From contig CBDFKD010000002.1 of the NCBI GenBank assembly GCA_965248695.1, positions 352,001 through 416,000 of the forward strand: a DNA stretch of 64,000 nucleotides. Reading direction: 5' to 3'. The notes beneath the pieces are model-generated. The model was not told the origin of the DNA. It did not search any database and saw only the letters and a program-made list of their open reading frames with translations. Positions 1 through 9,226 of the stretch are shown one piece after another; position 1 is the stretch's first letter, and each line of letters opens with the position of its first letter. Both the position numbers and the translations under genes were made by a program. Source of the stretch: Acidobacteriota bacterium (GTDB taxonomy: Bacteria; Acidobacteriota; UBA890; WLXD01).

Positions 1-1292
1 CTGTTGAAGATCGAGCCGAAGGTGTAGTTCACCCCGAAGCCGACGCGATAGCGGAAGTCCGTCTCGACAGCGCGCCGCTCGAGGAGAATCTCCTCGTCGG
101 TGATGCCGCCGGCGGGCAGGAAGATCTGGTCGCGCACCAGCGACGCGCTACCGGAAACGCTAAGCCGCAGTCCGCGACTGACCCGGAAGTCGAGCTCGCC
201 GCGCATCTCCGCTCGGTGCTTTCCGGGGTCGCTGATGAAGTGCGCCGCCTCGAGCGTGAAGCCGGCCTCGCCCCACGGCCGATTCAGCTCCAGCCCTACG
301 AGCACCCCGTGGTCGGCCAGCGTCTGTTCCGTACGTCCGAAGATCGTGAGCTCGCGAAAATCGTAGCGTGTCACGCCGGCGAAGTAAGTGAGGGTCAGCA
401 GCTTCTGCGATGACTCGTCGTACGGAAACAGGTTGTGCTCGAGGGCCGCCGACACCCGGGTCGACAGATCGAGGTTGGAGAACGTCGATGACGCACCTGC
501 CACCCCGACGCCGATACCCCAGCGCGGTCCGAGCGTCTTGATTGCCTGCCCGCCGAAGCCGAACTCACGTCCGACGCTCTTGAGCCGCTCGCCGTCATCG
601 AACTCGAAGTTGCGCTCGTCGTATTCCCCGTCGACGCCGACAAAGACTTTCCAGCCGTCGGTTATTCGACGTGCGCTGATGTCGCCTTCGATCTCACGTG
701 ACGACTGCCGCTCTTCACCCCGCAGCGAGGTATCGAGGTCGACCCTGAAAACCCAGAAGTTCCATGGATCCTCGCCGGGGGTCGCGCCCACCGGGCGCGG
801 CGCCGATGGAGCCTGATGGCGGCTACGCATCTGCGTCGCCTGCGGGGTGCGCAGGAGATAGGGCGCCAACCCAAGCGACAGCACGCTCCCGAGCGCTTGT
901 CGAACCTCGTCGTCTGTATCCGTGTCCGACGTCGTGAACACGTGAGTGTCGACCTCGTCGGCGAACTCGTCGAGGCCGATGAACTCGAGGCTGTACTCGT
1001 TTCCAGCGCCAGCGCGTCGGTTCGTCACCAGCACGTGCACGTCGGCGTCGCGGCGATCGAGCACATAGTCGACGAAGGACACCTCGCGCCGCAGATAGTC
1101 GAAATCGCAGCGACGCTCACAGTCGAGAAAAATGCGCAGCGCCGCCGGCGAAGAGGAGCCGGCCTCGGAAGGCTCCTGTGCACCGGGCGGTGCGGCCCAG
1201 ACGGGAACGTCCGCCGCCACCCAGATCACCAGGGCCAGCGTCGCCAACACGCGCCTTCGCCCACCCGATGTACGGTCCGCGTTCGCTCTCAC
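1..1292 (-). CDS. Conserved hypothetical exported protein, probably outer-membrane beta-barrel-like (3' end runs off the window; absent from the ORF track)
   Basis: Manual translation from GTG at 1292 (GGAG 5 nt upstream) stays open to the window edge: signal-peptide-like N-terminus, then LRIFLDCE..CDFDYLRREVSFVDYVLDRRDADVHVLVT, DPWNFWVFRV, and near the edge RYRVGFGVNYTFGSIFN, with amphipathic strand-like segments. Confidence 0.8.
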   Translation of the reverse strand, partial: MRANADRTSGGRRRVLATLALVIWVAADVPVWAAPPGAQEPSEAGSSSPAALRIFLDCERRCDFDYLRREVSFVDYVLDRRDADVHVLVTNRRAGAGNEYSLEFIGLDEFADEVDTHVFTTSDTDTDDEVRQALGSVLSLGLAPYLLRTPQATQMRSRHQAPSAPRPVGATPGEDPWNFWVFRVDLDTSLRGEERQSSREIEGDISARRITDGWKVFVGVDGEYDERNFEFDDGERLKSVGREFGFGGQAIKTLGPRWGIGVGVAGASSTFSNLDLSTRVSAALEHNLFPYDESSQKLLTLTYFAGVTRYDFRELTIFGRTEQTLADHGVLVGLELNRPWGEAGFTLEAAHFISDPGKHRAEMRGELDFRVSRGLRLSVSGSASLVRDQIFLPAGGITDEEILLERRAVETDFRYRVGFGVNYTFGSIFN

Positions 1293-1401
1293 CGACTCTC
1301 CGCGGGACGTTTTCGGGGCGAGGGGCATTCCCGGAGCACCTCGGAGCTTTTGTATTCTCGATACTGTATACAGTCCGCTACAGAGGCGACGTCCGCGGCA
1401 G

Positions 1402-2682
1402 CTAGGCGAAGCGGCCCGGCGCGAGCAAGTCCAGCGCCAGCGCCGGAGCTTCGTCGGACACCAGGCTCGCAACCAGCTTCCCGGTAATCGGCGCCAGCGC
1501 CAGCCCGAGCGTGCCGTGGCCAGTTGCAACCGTCAGGTTCGGCACACTTCCCACCCTGCCGATGATCGGCAACCCGTCGGGGCTGCAGGGGCGAAACCCC
1601 GACCAGACGCGTGGGCCGGCGGAATCGCGGCCCGTAGCAGCGAGGATCGCATCGGTATCCGTTTCCGGCAGATAGGCCGAGACTTGCTCGAAGATCCGTC
1701 TGAGCCGCCGCGGATCGATCGAGCGATCAAGACCCGTGAGCTCCAGAGCCCCGGTGAAGCGTAGCCGGTCGCCCATCGGCGTGACCGTGGCGCGCGCTTC
1801 GTGCAGCAGCAACGGAATGCGCAGGCTGCAGCTGCCGCGCGGGAGGGTCAGGCTGTAACCCCTGCCCGGTTGAACCGGGATCCGCACCCCGAGTTTGGCG
1901 GCAAGCGCCTGGCTGAAAGCGCCGGCCGCGAGTACGAACGACTCTGCGCTGATCCGGTCGCCGCCCGCGTGCACCGAGTGCAATCGTCCGCCACGCCGCT
2001 CGAAGCCCTCGACCTCGGTCGACGAAAGGAAGCGGACCCCTCGACCCCGGACATATGCCGTCAGAGTCCGCACGAAGCTCGATGGATCGACATGGCAGTC
2101 CTGACGGAAGTACACGCCACCGATCGCGCTCGTGCGCAGTGCCGGCTCGAGCTCGTGCAACGCCTGCGCGCCGAGCACCTCGACCTGCAGACCGGCCGTG
2201 CTCAGGATCTCGGCATGCTCGGCACCGTGGTGCGCGCCGGACTTCGAGTCGTACAGCATGAGGATGCCCTCCTCATGCATGTGCGGCTCAACGCCGTCGA
2301 GACGGGACAGCTCGCGGAAGAGATCGACACTCGCAAGCAACAGATCGCGAAGCAACGGCACAGCGCGGCGCACGTGGGCGTCCGTGCACGAGGCGCGAAA
2401 CCGCCAGAGCCACCGCAGCAGTTCCACGTCGAGACGAGGACGGATGTATAGCGGGCTGTCCGACTTGAACAGCCAGCGCAGCCCCTGCCCGATCACACCC
2501 GGTGCCGCAAGCGGTACGACGTGGCTGGGAACGAGCATGCCGGCATTGCCGTGCGAAGCACCGTCGTTGCCGTCTCCGCGCTCGATCAGCGTGACCCGGC
2601 AACCGGCGCGGTTCAGGAAGTAAGCGCAACAAACGCCGACGGCGCCGCCACCGACAACGACGACGTCACGCGAACCGTTCAT
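1402..2682 (-). CDS. FAD-dependent D-amino-acid dehydrogenase (DadA/DAO family), likely acting on D-hydroxyproline
   Basis: GGGAVG Rossmann motif, ASHGNAG, WSGFRPCSPDGLPIIG, ATGHGTLG; start overlaps the epimerase stop codon. Confidence 0.88.
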   Translation of the reverse strand: MNGSRDVVVVGGGAVGVCCAYFLNRAGCRVTLIERGDGNDGASHGNAGMLVPSHVVPLAAPGVIGQGLRWLFKSDSPLYIRPRLDVELLRWLWRFRASCTDAHVRRAVPLLRDLLLASVDLFRELSRLDGVEPHMHEEGILMLYDSKSGAHHGAEHAEILSTAGLQVEVLGAQALHELEPALRTSAIGGVYFRQDCHVDPSSFVRTLTAYVRGRGVRFLSSTEVEGFERRGGRLHSVHAGGDRISAESFVLAAGAFSQALAAKLGVRIPVQPGRGYSLTLPRGSCSLRIPLLLHEARATVTPMGDRLRFTGALELTGLDRSIDPRRLRRIFEQVSAYLPETDTDAILAATGRDSAGPRVWSGFRPCSPDGLPIIGRVGSVPNLTVATGHGTLGLALAPITGKLVASLVSDEAPALALDLLAPGRFA

Positions 2683-3629
2683 GGAGCAGTGACGCGAATC
2701 CCGGCTCCGAACGGGTCTTCATCGCCGACAACGAGCCTGCTTTCCGACGTCACCCAAGCATCTCCAACGATGGTCGGCAGGACGCCGCCCTCGGTTTCCT
2801 CGATGCTGCCCACGAAGCAGCTCCCCACGATGCTCTCCTGCATCCACGCCTGTCCCGGCAGCAACTTGCCGTCGGCCCACAGGCACGCCATCTTCGCGCT
2901 CGTGCCGGTGCCGCAGGGCGATCGATCGTACTCACGCCCCGGACACAGGACGAAGTTCTTGCTGTCCGCTCCGTCGGCGCTCGGCGGCCCGAAGAGCTCT
3001 ATGTGGTCGACCTCGGAACCATCGTCGCCGACGACGTTCGCCTCTCGCAGCGCCTCGCGAATGGTCCAGCAGTAGGTGGTCAGCGCCGCCACGTTGTCTG
3101 ACTCGAGGCGCTGCCCGTGCTGTTCCGCCAAAAAGAACCAGTTGCCACCCCACGCCACGTCGCCACGCACTTTGCCGAGCTCACCGAGAGTGAGCTCGAC
3201 GCCGCTCGCAACGCGGTAGCTGACGACGTTCTGCACCGCGACCCGGCCATCTTGACGCAGCTCCACCCCGACGACGCCGACAGGCGTCTCGAATCGGTGC
3301 GCGCCGGGCGCCAGCTCGCCGAGTGACGCCAGCGTCACGGCGACCCCGATGGTGCCGTGCACGCACATTCCCAGGTAGCCAACGTTGTTGAAGAAGATCA
3401 CCTGCGCGGCGAAATCGACCGATGACGGCGTACACAGCAACGCACCGACCATCGCGCCGAACCCGCGCGGCTCGTTCACCACAGTCGACCGAAAGTCGTC
3501 GTGATGGTCGCGAAGCCGCGCCAGCCGGTCGGCCGCGGAGCCGGTCCCGAGGTCAGGGGCACCTTCGAGAACCAGGCGGGTCGGCTCGCCGCCGGTGTGT
3601 GAATCGATGACTCGAATCGATCGCGACAC
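2679..3629 (-). CDS. Proline racemase family protein, probable 4-hydroxyproline 2-epimerase
   Basis: IDSHTGGEPTR, NEPRG, GMCVHG and DRSPCGTGTSA (two catalytic Cys); start chosen at GTG 3629 (track gives 3650). Confidence 0.9.
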   Translation of the reverse strand: MSRSIRVIDSHTGGEPTRLVLEGAPDLGTGSAADRLARLRDHHDDFRSTVVNEPRGFGAMVGALLCTPSSVDFAAQVIFFNNVGYLGMCVHGTIGVAVTLASLGELAPGAHRFETPVGVVGVELRQDGRVAVQNVVSYRVASGVELTLGELGKVRGDVAWGGNWFFLAEQHGQRLESDNVAALTTYCWTIREALREANVVGDDGSEVDHIELFGPPSADGADSKNFVLCPGREYDRSPCGTGTSAKMACLWADGKLLPGQAWMQESIVGSCFVGSIEETEGGVLPTIVGDAWVTSESRLVVGDEDPFGAGIRVTAP

Positions 3630-3649
3630 TAGCCCCCTATTGCAGGCCA

Positions 3650-4759
3650 CTAGTATCCGGCTCGGTCGAGCTCCTCATCGATCACCTTGGCGATCGCCTC
3701 GAACGGTACGGCTCCGCCGGGAACCGGCCGGCCATTGACGAACAACGCTGGCGTTCCGTCGACGCCGAGACGCTGGCCGGCGCGTACGTCCGCTTGCACG
3801 CTGTCCACATAGCGGCCCGAATCCAGACAAGCAGCAAAGGCCTCGTTGTCCATTCCGAGTCGTTCCGCCTTGCCCTTGAGCTCCTCGACCGTGAGGGCGT
3901 CCTGCTCGGCAAACATCAGATCGTGCAGCTCCCAGAACTTTCCCTGCTCTTCGGCGCACAGCGACGCTTCCGCGGCTTTCTGTGCATTCGGGTGGATCTC
4001 CCGCAGCGGGAACTGGCGATACACCAGCCTTACCTGGCCGGCATAGACCTCCTTGACCTGCTCCACCGTCGGCATGAAGCGCCCGCAGAAGGGGCATTCG
4101 AAATCCGAGAACTCGACCAGCGTGATCGGCGCATCGCCGGGACCAAGAGCCGGGTAGCCTTCGGTTTCGATGTTGGCGCGAACCGGCTCGAGGGTCATTG
4201 CAACGTCGCGATCGGCCGCCAGTTCAGCGGTGAACGCCACGATGCCAGCTTCTTGCTCTTGTTCGAACAGGAACTGTTCGATCGCTGGGCGCAAAGCGTC
4301 CAGCGGACGTCCCTGGAGGCGGCCCTGGTTGGCTTCATGCCAGGCGTTCACCTCGGCGGCCGTCACCTGAATCCCGGAGTTGACCTCAGCCTGCAGCATT
4401 TCTTCGGTGGTGGTGCCACGCTGGGACGCCTCGGCATCGAGCAACCGGCGCCTTACGGCATCTCTGACCCCCGCATCGAGGAGCTGAAATCGCTGTGTGT
4501 CGTATTCGAACGCCAGCGTTGCCAGTCGATCGTTGACAGCCTCGCCCAAATCGGCCAACCGAATCGGATCGCCATCGATCGTAGCCAGCACTCCATCGGC
4601 ATCAGGCCCACCGGATGGAGCACTCGCTGTCGCAGACGGCTCCTGGGAAGTTACTTCGCGGGCGCACCCCGCCGCCGGCAGCAGTGCCAGCGGAACAACG
4701 GCCAGGGTCGCGATAACGGTTGTACGGCCGGGTCGGGATCGAACGATTCGGTTGATCAT
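3650..4759 (-). CDS. DsbA-family thioredoxin-fold protein with helical N-terminal extension, probable lipoprotein
   Basis: EFSDFECPFC active site, RQFPL, GVDGTP cis-Pro loop; hydrophobic signal ending AAGC. Confidence 0.88.
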   Translation of the reverse strand: MINRIVRSRPGRTTVIATLAVVPLALLPAAGCAREVTSQEPSATASAPSGGPDADGVLATIDGDPIRLADLGEAVNDRLATLAFEYDTQRFQLLDAGVRDAVRRRLLDAEASQRGTTTEEMLQAEVNSGIQVTAAEVNAWHEANQGRLQGRPLDALRPAIEQFLFEQEQEAGIVAFTAELAADRDVAMTLEPVRANIETEGYPALGPGDAPITLVEFSDFECPFCGRFMPTVEQVKEVYAGQVRLVYRQFPLREIHPNAQKAAEASLCAEEQGKFWELHDLMFAEQDALTVEELKGKAERLGMDNEAFAACLDSGRYVDSVQADVRAGQRLGVDGTPALFVNGRPVPGGAVPFEAIAKVIDEELDRAGY

Positions 4760-4923
4760 GGGGCGCGCTCCTGCCCAGTCAATGGGCGGGTCGGATCGGC
4801 TTGCATCGGAACACCGGGCCCGGCGAGCGACCCGTCGTCAACTAGGTTACCGGCTCGCGTCGGCGCCAGCATGCACCGGCGCGATGTTTCTGCGTCGACG
4901 CCCACAGGAGCCTGTCGGCAGGG

Positions 4924-6342
4924 CTACGACGCGCTGAATCTACGGCGTTCCATCCGGCCCCACCCGGTCTTGCCGGTAAGCGCGTCAAGAAGCCCTTTGG
5001 CACGCCAGACCGTCATCACCTGACGATAGCCCAGGTTCTCGAACACGGCGCCGAACAGCAACCAGAGCACGTCCCTTGGCGACGGGTAGCGACGCGCGGT
5101 GTGCTCCTCGAGCAGTACAGCGCCCATCGACAACGTGATCGAGAAGAGCACCGACACAACGAAGAACAGCACCGCGATCTCGAGGCTGAGCACCCCCATG
5201 AGGAAGCCGACGATGGTGAGCACGTAGCCGGCGAGCTCCACCGCCGGGCCGGCCATCTCGAAGAGCGCAAAGTACGGAAACCCGAACAACCCGAGAGCGC
5301 CGTAGCGAATGTTTCCGAACAGCGATCGATGCGCGAGGATGCTCTCGACGGTGCCCCGTTGCCAGCGGTTGCGCTGACGGTAAAGCGTCCGCATGTCGGC
5401 AGGCGCCTGCGTCCAGCACACCGGATCGGGTACGAAGACGATGCGGGCGCGTTCGCCGCCCGGGCGCCGTCGATGCAAACGCACGGTGATCTCCATGTCC
5501 TCGCCCACGGTTGTCTTCGAGAAACCGCCGACCGCGACCAGGGCGGTACGGTCGAACAGACCGAATGCCCCGGAGATGACCAGCAGCGAGTTCATGAAGC
5601 TGAAGGCAACACGGCCACCGAGAAACGCTCGCAGGTACTCCACCGTCTGCATCAGCGGCAAGATTGCCCGCGGCGCTCCAACGCTCTCGATCTGCCCCTT
5701 TCGCACGGTGCAACCATCGACGATGCGTACGATCCCGCCGGCCGCAACGGTGCGCTCGTCCTCGAGGAAAGGCTTGAGCACGCTCAGCAGTGCGTCGGGC
5801 TCGAGCAGGGAATCCGCGTCGACGACCGCTACGAGCTCACCGCGAGCCGCCGACAGGCCGGCGTTGAGGGCGTCGGCTTTGCCCCCCTGCGGCTTGTCGA
5901 TGACGACGACCGGAGTCGGGTCACGAGACTCGTAGACGGCGCCCACCGGTTCGGACTCCACGACATCGTAGACGCGTCGACTCGAGCGATATAGACGAAA
6001 GCGGTCGATGAGCCGCGACAGCGTCCGGTCGGTCGAGCCGTCGTTGATCACCACCACCTCGTGGCGCGGGTAGTTGAGCGCCAGGATGGACTTGACACTG
6101 TCGCAAATCGTCAGCTCCTCGTTGAACGCCGGCACCAGGACAGAGACCTTGGGCACCAGAGAGGAGCGCACGAGGGATTGGCGCTCCGAGGCGGTCAACG
6201 GATGATGTGCGTGCTTCAAGACGAAGTAGCCCAGAAGCATCATTACGAAGTAGATGGTGTTGATCGTCAGCACGTAGGCCACGATTCCGTACTCGGTGAC
6301 CACAATCGCAGTACGTAGCCATTCAGGCGCCGCGCCGATCAT
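4924..6342 (-). CDS. Processive membrane glycosyltransferase family 2 (PgaC/IcaA-like polysaccharide synthase)
   Basis: VPAFNEE, NDGSTD, GKADALN, DADS, VGED, QRNRW (QxxRW), N- and C-terminal TM helices; ATGA overlap with the upstream gene at 6339-6342. Confidence 0.92.
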   Translation of the reverse strand: MIGAAPEWLRTAIVVTEYGIVAYVLTINTIYFVMMLLGYFVLKHAHHPLTASERQSLVRSSLVPKVSVLVPAFNEELTICDSVKSILALNYPRHEVVVINDGSTDRTLSRLIDRFRLYRSSRRVYDVVESEPVGAVYESRDPTPVVVIDKPQGGKADALNAGLSAARGELVAVVDADSLLEPDALLSVLKPFLEDERTVAAGGIVRIVDGCTVRKGQIESVGAPRAILPLMQTVEYLRAFLGGRVAFSFMNSLLVISGAFGLFDRTALVAVGGFSKTTVGEDMEITVRLHRRRPGGERARIVFVPDPVCWTQAPADMRTLYRQRNRWQRGTVESILAHRSLFGNIRYGALGLFGFPYFALFEMAGPAVELAGYVLTIVGFLMGVLSLEIAVLFFVVSVLFSITLSMGAVLLEEHTARRYPSPRDVLWLLFGAVFENLGYRQVMTVWRAKGLLDALTGKTGWGRMERRRFSAS

Positions 6343-7556
6343 GCCGCCACCCGCAAGTGAGCTACACGCCATCGTTCCAGCGCCTCGAGCGCGGCACCTG
6401 CCGCGACGCGATCGGCACCGACGACAGCATCGTCGAGCTGCGCGCGCCCGGGCTCGCCGAGCTGGGCAAGCGCTTGTGCCGCCTCATGAGCGACTTGGGG
6501 GTCCTCGCCGCGCAGCAGGCGCGACAGACGGCCGGCCGCCTCGTACATGTGCATGCGGCCGACGCACTCGATCGCGGCACTACGTACCGAGCCGTCCTTC
6601 GACATCACTGCCGTGAGCACATGCCCCTTCAGTCGATCGCGCTCTGCGGCACAGGGCAGCACACGCAACGCCAGAGCGACGAGGTCGCGCTCCGGGCGTT
6701 GCAGGATCGATTCGAGCAACTCGCACGACACCCACACGCGCCAGGACGCCAGCAGTCGCAAAGCCTCGCGCAGCCGGCGGTGGTAGCCGTGCTCCAGGAG
6801 GCGCGGCATGACCTCGTTGGCGAGAATGGAGGCGTGCACCTTCAGATCGTCGGAGAGCACGGCGCGGACAAGCGGCGTTTCGGCAAGCATGAAGTCGAAG
6901 ACCTCGACGTACTCGAAGGTCTCGACCGTGCCGTCCCGCTCGCCGATACCGAGCAGTGCTTTCGCCGCTTCGACGCGTACGGAACGCGACTGATCTGCGA
7001 GCGCGGTAAGCAGCTCGTCGCGTGCTGAGCCGCCGGCAACCAGGGACAAGTTAGTGATCGCAGCACGCCGAGCGATCTGCGATCCGGTACGGTACTCGTC
7101 GAGCCAGCGCTGCACGAACCCGAGACGGTTGGCGAGCCGGACGAGCTTGGCGCGTTGACCGCCGCGAAGAGCCGGCAGGAACTCGAGGATGCAGAACTCC
7201 AGCTCGCTCGGACAGCGCTCTAGTAGCCGCTCCACCGTTGAGCTGTTCTCGTGGCCGGCGACGTAGGCGGCCAGCTTCTCTTGAAACAGGGGCCGCTGCC
7301 GGGCGATACGCCGTTGCCGCAGCAACCGCCGCGTCTTGCCGAACAGGACCTGCAGGGTAATCACGCAGACGAGGCCGCACTGGGCCAGCAGGGCGGCGAA
7401 TCCAGCGGAAAGGAGATCAGAATCGAACAGGTCCGCGGTGAATCCCACATGAGCCCACGCCACCAGAGCCACGAACATGACGACGAATTTGATCGTCCGG
7501 ATTACGGCGGTTCTACGTCCGCGCTCCTCGAGCGTCAGCTGGCGGCGCGCTGGCAT
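6339..7556 (-). CDS. Membrane-anchored HEAT-repeat protein
   Basis: Two N-terminal hydrophobic segments, then HEAT-like units (ALADQSRSVRVEAAKALL; DGSVRSAAIECVG; EDPQVAHEAAQALAQLG). Confidence 0.82.
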   Translation of the reverse strand: MPARRQLTLEERGRRTAVIRTIKFVVMFVALVAWAHVGFTADLFDSDLLSAGFAALLAQCGLVCVITLQVLFGKTRRLLRQRRIARQRPLFQEKLAAYVAGHENSSTVERLLERCPSELEFCILEFLPALRGGQRAKLVRLANRLGFVQRWLDEYRTGSQIARRAAITNLSLVAGGSARDELLTALADQSRSVRVEAAKALLGIGERDGTVETFEYVEVFDFMLAETPLVRAVLSDDLKVHASILANEVMPRLLEHGYHRRLREALRLLASWRVWVSCELLESILQRPERDLVALALRVLPCAAERDRLKGHVLTAVMSKDGSVRSAAIECVGRMHMYEAAGRLSRLLRGEDPQVAHEAAQALAQLGEPGRAQLDDAVVGADRVAAGAALEALERWRVAHLRVAA

Positions 7557-9226
7557 GCGTCCTGATCCTTCGGGAGCGCGCGCAGCAGCCGTTCCAACCT
7601 GGCGGACAGCTCCATCGGGTTGAACGGCTTGGACACATAGTCGTGCGCGCCGAGGCGGAAGCCACGAACCACATCAGCCTCCTGACGCAGGGCGGTCAGC
7701 ATGATTACCGGTAGGTCACGCGTGTCGGCGTTGTTGCGGATCTCCGCCAGAACTTCGAACCCGTCCAGTTGCGGCATATTGACGTCGAGCACGGCGGCGC
7801 TCGGCCGCACCTCGCGGATCAGTTCGAGGGCATCCTCTCCGCCGTGGGCAATGTGACACTCCACGTTCACCTCACGGAGGGTCGCAGCAACAAGCGTCGT
7901 GATCGTCGCGTCGTCGTCGGCGAGAACGACCTGGTGCTTATGCCCTGGTCCGTGATCCGGCTCGGTGGCTGCCTCGGGCGGCGTGGCCGCGCGGATCAGC
8001 TGGTAACAGCGCAGCAGCAGTTCCTCGTCAGACCACGGACGAACCAGCAACTCACAGCCGCGCCGGTGTCGCTTGGCGTCGATCAAGTTACGCGCTGATC
8101 CTGCGCACAGCACGCCGATGCCACGACGCGCCAACGAGCTCGCCTGCTGCCAAGCCTCAGCGCTGTCGCCGTCATCGACGTCGACCACCGCCAGATCAAT
8201 GCCGTGCAGCGCCAGGTCGATCTCCAACTGTGAGCGTGAGCGAACGTGCGTCGTAGCCCCCGCAGCATCGAACACACGCTGCATGTCCTCGGCCCCGGCG
8301 GCGTCGAACCCGACGAGCCATATCGCTCGATGGCAGATCTCGTCGCGGACCTCTGCCGGCACGTCGCACGAGATTGCGGCCTTCGGCGGGGCAGCGGACG
8401 GCGGCGACTCAGGATCGTCGGATACCCGCTCCGGCGCGCTTTCAGAAGCGTCCGCGAGCACGGGCGCCGCCTCCGCATCGGCATCATCAACGTCGCGCGT
8501 GCTCTGGTTCAACTCGTTCCATCGATCATCGCGCTCTGCCTGTTGGAACGCTGCGTGGACGGCGCGGAGCGCCTCGGCGACGGCACTGGAATCGATCTCG
8601 TCGACACCGAGCCAGCCTTCCAGCGCCGCGGCCGCGTCGCTGATGCCAGGGTGTCCCAACGTGCCCCCACGGCCGAGCCACAGGTGAGCGATGCGGCGCG
8701 CCGCGTCGATGTCGAGTCCCGATCCCACGGAGTCCAGCAACTGCGCCGACTGCTTCAGTCCCCGTTCGATGAAACTGGCTCGCAAGCGATCAAGAGAGCC
8801 ACCGGCCAGCATGGCGCAGGATTCGCCCGCGGGCTCAACAGGATGTTTGCCCTCAGGCTCGGGAAGATCCAGTAGCGAGCGGATCCGATCGGCCAGTTGC
8901 TCCGGATCGAACGGCTTGGGTATCAGGCCCTGAGCGCCGAACCGTTTGTAGTCGAGGCCGCTGGCCGTATCCTTGCCGGTTAGAAACACCACCGGTATGT
9001 CGCTCAGGTCATCGTCCTTGCGGATCTCGTACAGAACGTCTTCGCCGAGCATGTCGGGCATCATCTGGTCGAGAAGGATGAGGTCCGGCCGCGCGCTGCG
9101 GGCATAGAACAGGCCTTGCTGACCCGTCCGCGCAAAGGTGATCTTGAAGCTGCCCGCACGCTGCAGCGCGGCGCTCGCGATCAGGTGGATGGCCGAATCG
9201 TCGTCGACGATGAGAACCTTGATCAT
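7535..9226 (-). CDS. Multi-domain response regulator (REC - Hpt-like - degenerate REC - REC) with no output domain
   Basis: VLIVDDD..LILLDQMMP..FLT..KPF; central IAHLWLGRGGTLG; C-terminal LADDD..AVLDVNMP..MLT..KPF. Confidence 0.85.
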   Translation of the reverse strand: MIKVLIVDDDSAIHLIASAALQRAGSFKITFARTGQQGLFYARSARPDLILLDQMMPDMLGEDVLYEIRKDDDLSDIPVVFLTGKDTASGLDYKRFGAQGLIPKPFDPEQLADRIRSLLDLPEPEGKHPVEPAGESCAMLAGGSLDRLRASFIERGLKQSAQLLDSVGSGLDIDAARRIAHLWLGRGGTLGHPGISDAAAALEGWLGVDEIDSSAVAEALRAVHAAFQQAERDDRWNELNQSTRDVDDADAEAAPVLADASESAPERVSDDPESPPSAAPPKAAISCDVPAEVRDEICHRAIWLVGFDAAGAEDMQRVFDAAGATTHVRSRSQLEIDLALHGIDLAVVDVDDGDSAEAWQQASSLARRGIGVLCAGSARNLIDAKRHRRGCELLVRPWSDEELLLRCYQLIRAATPPEAATEPDHGPGHKHQVVLADDDATITTLVAATLREVNVECHIAHGGEDALELIREVRPSAAVLDVNMPQLDGFEVLAEIRNNADTRDLPVIMLTALRQEADVVRGFRLGAHDYVSKPFNPMELSARLERLLRALPKDQDACQRAAS

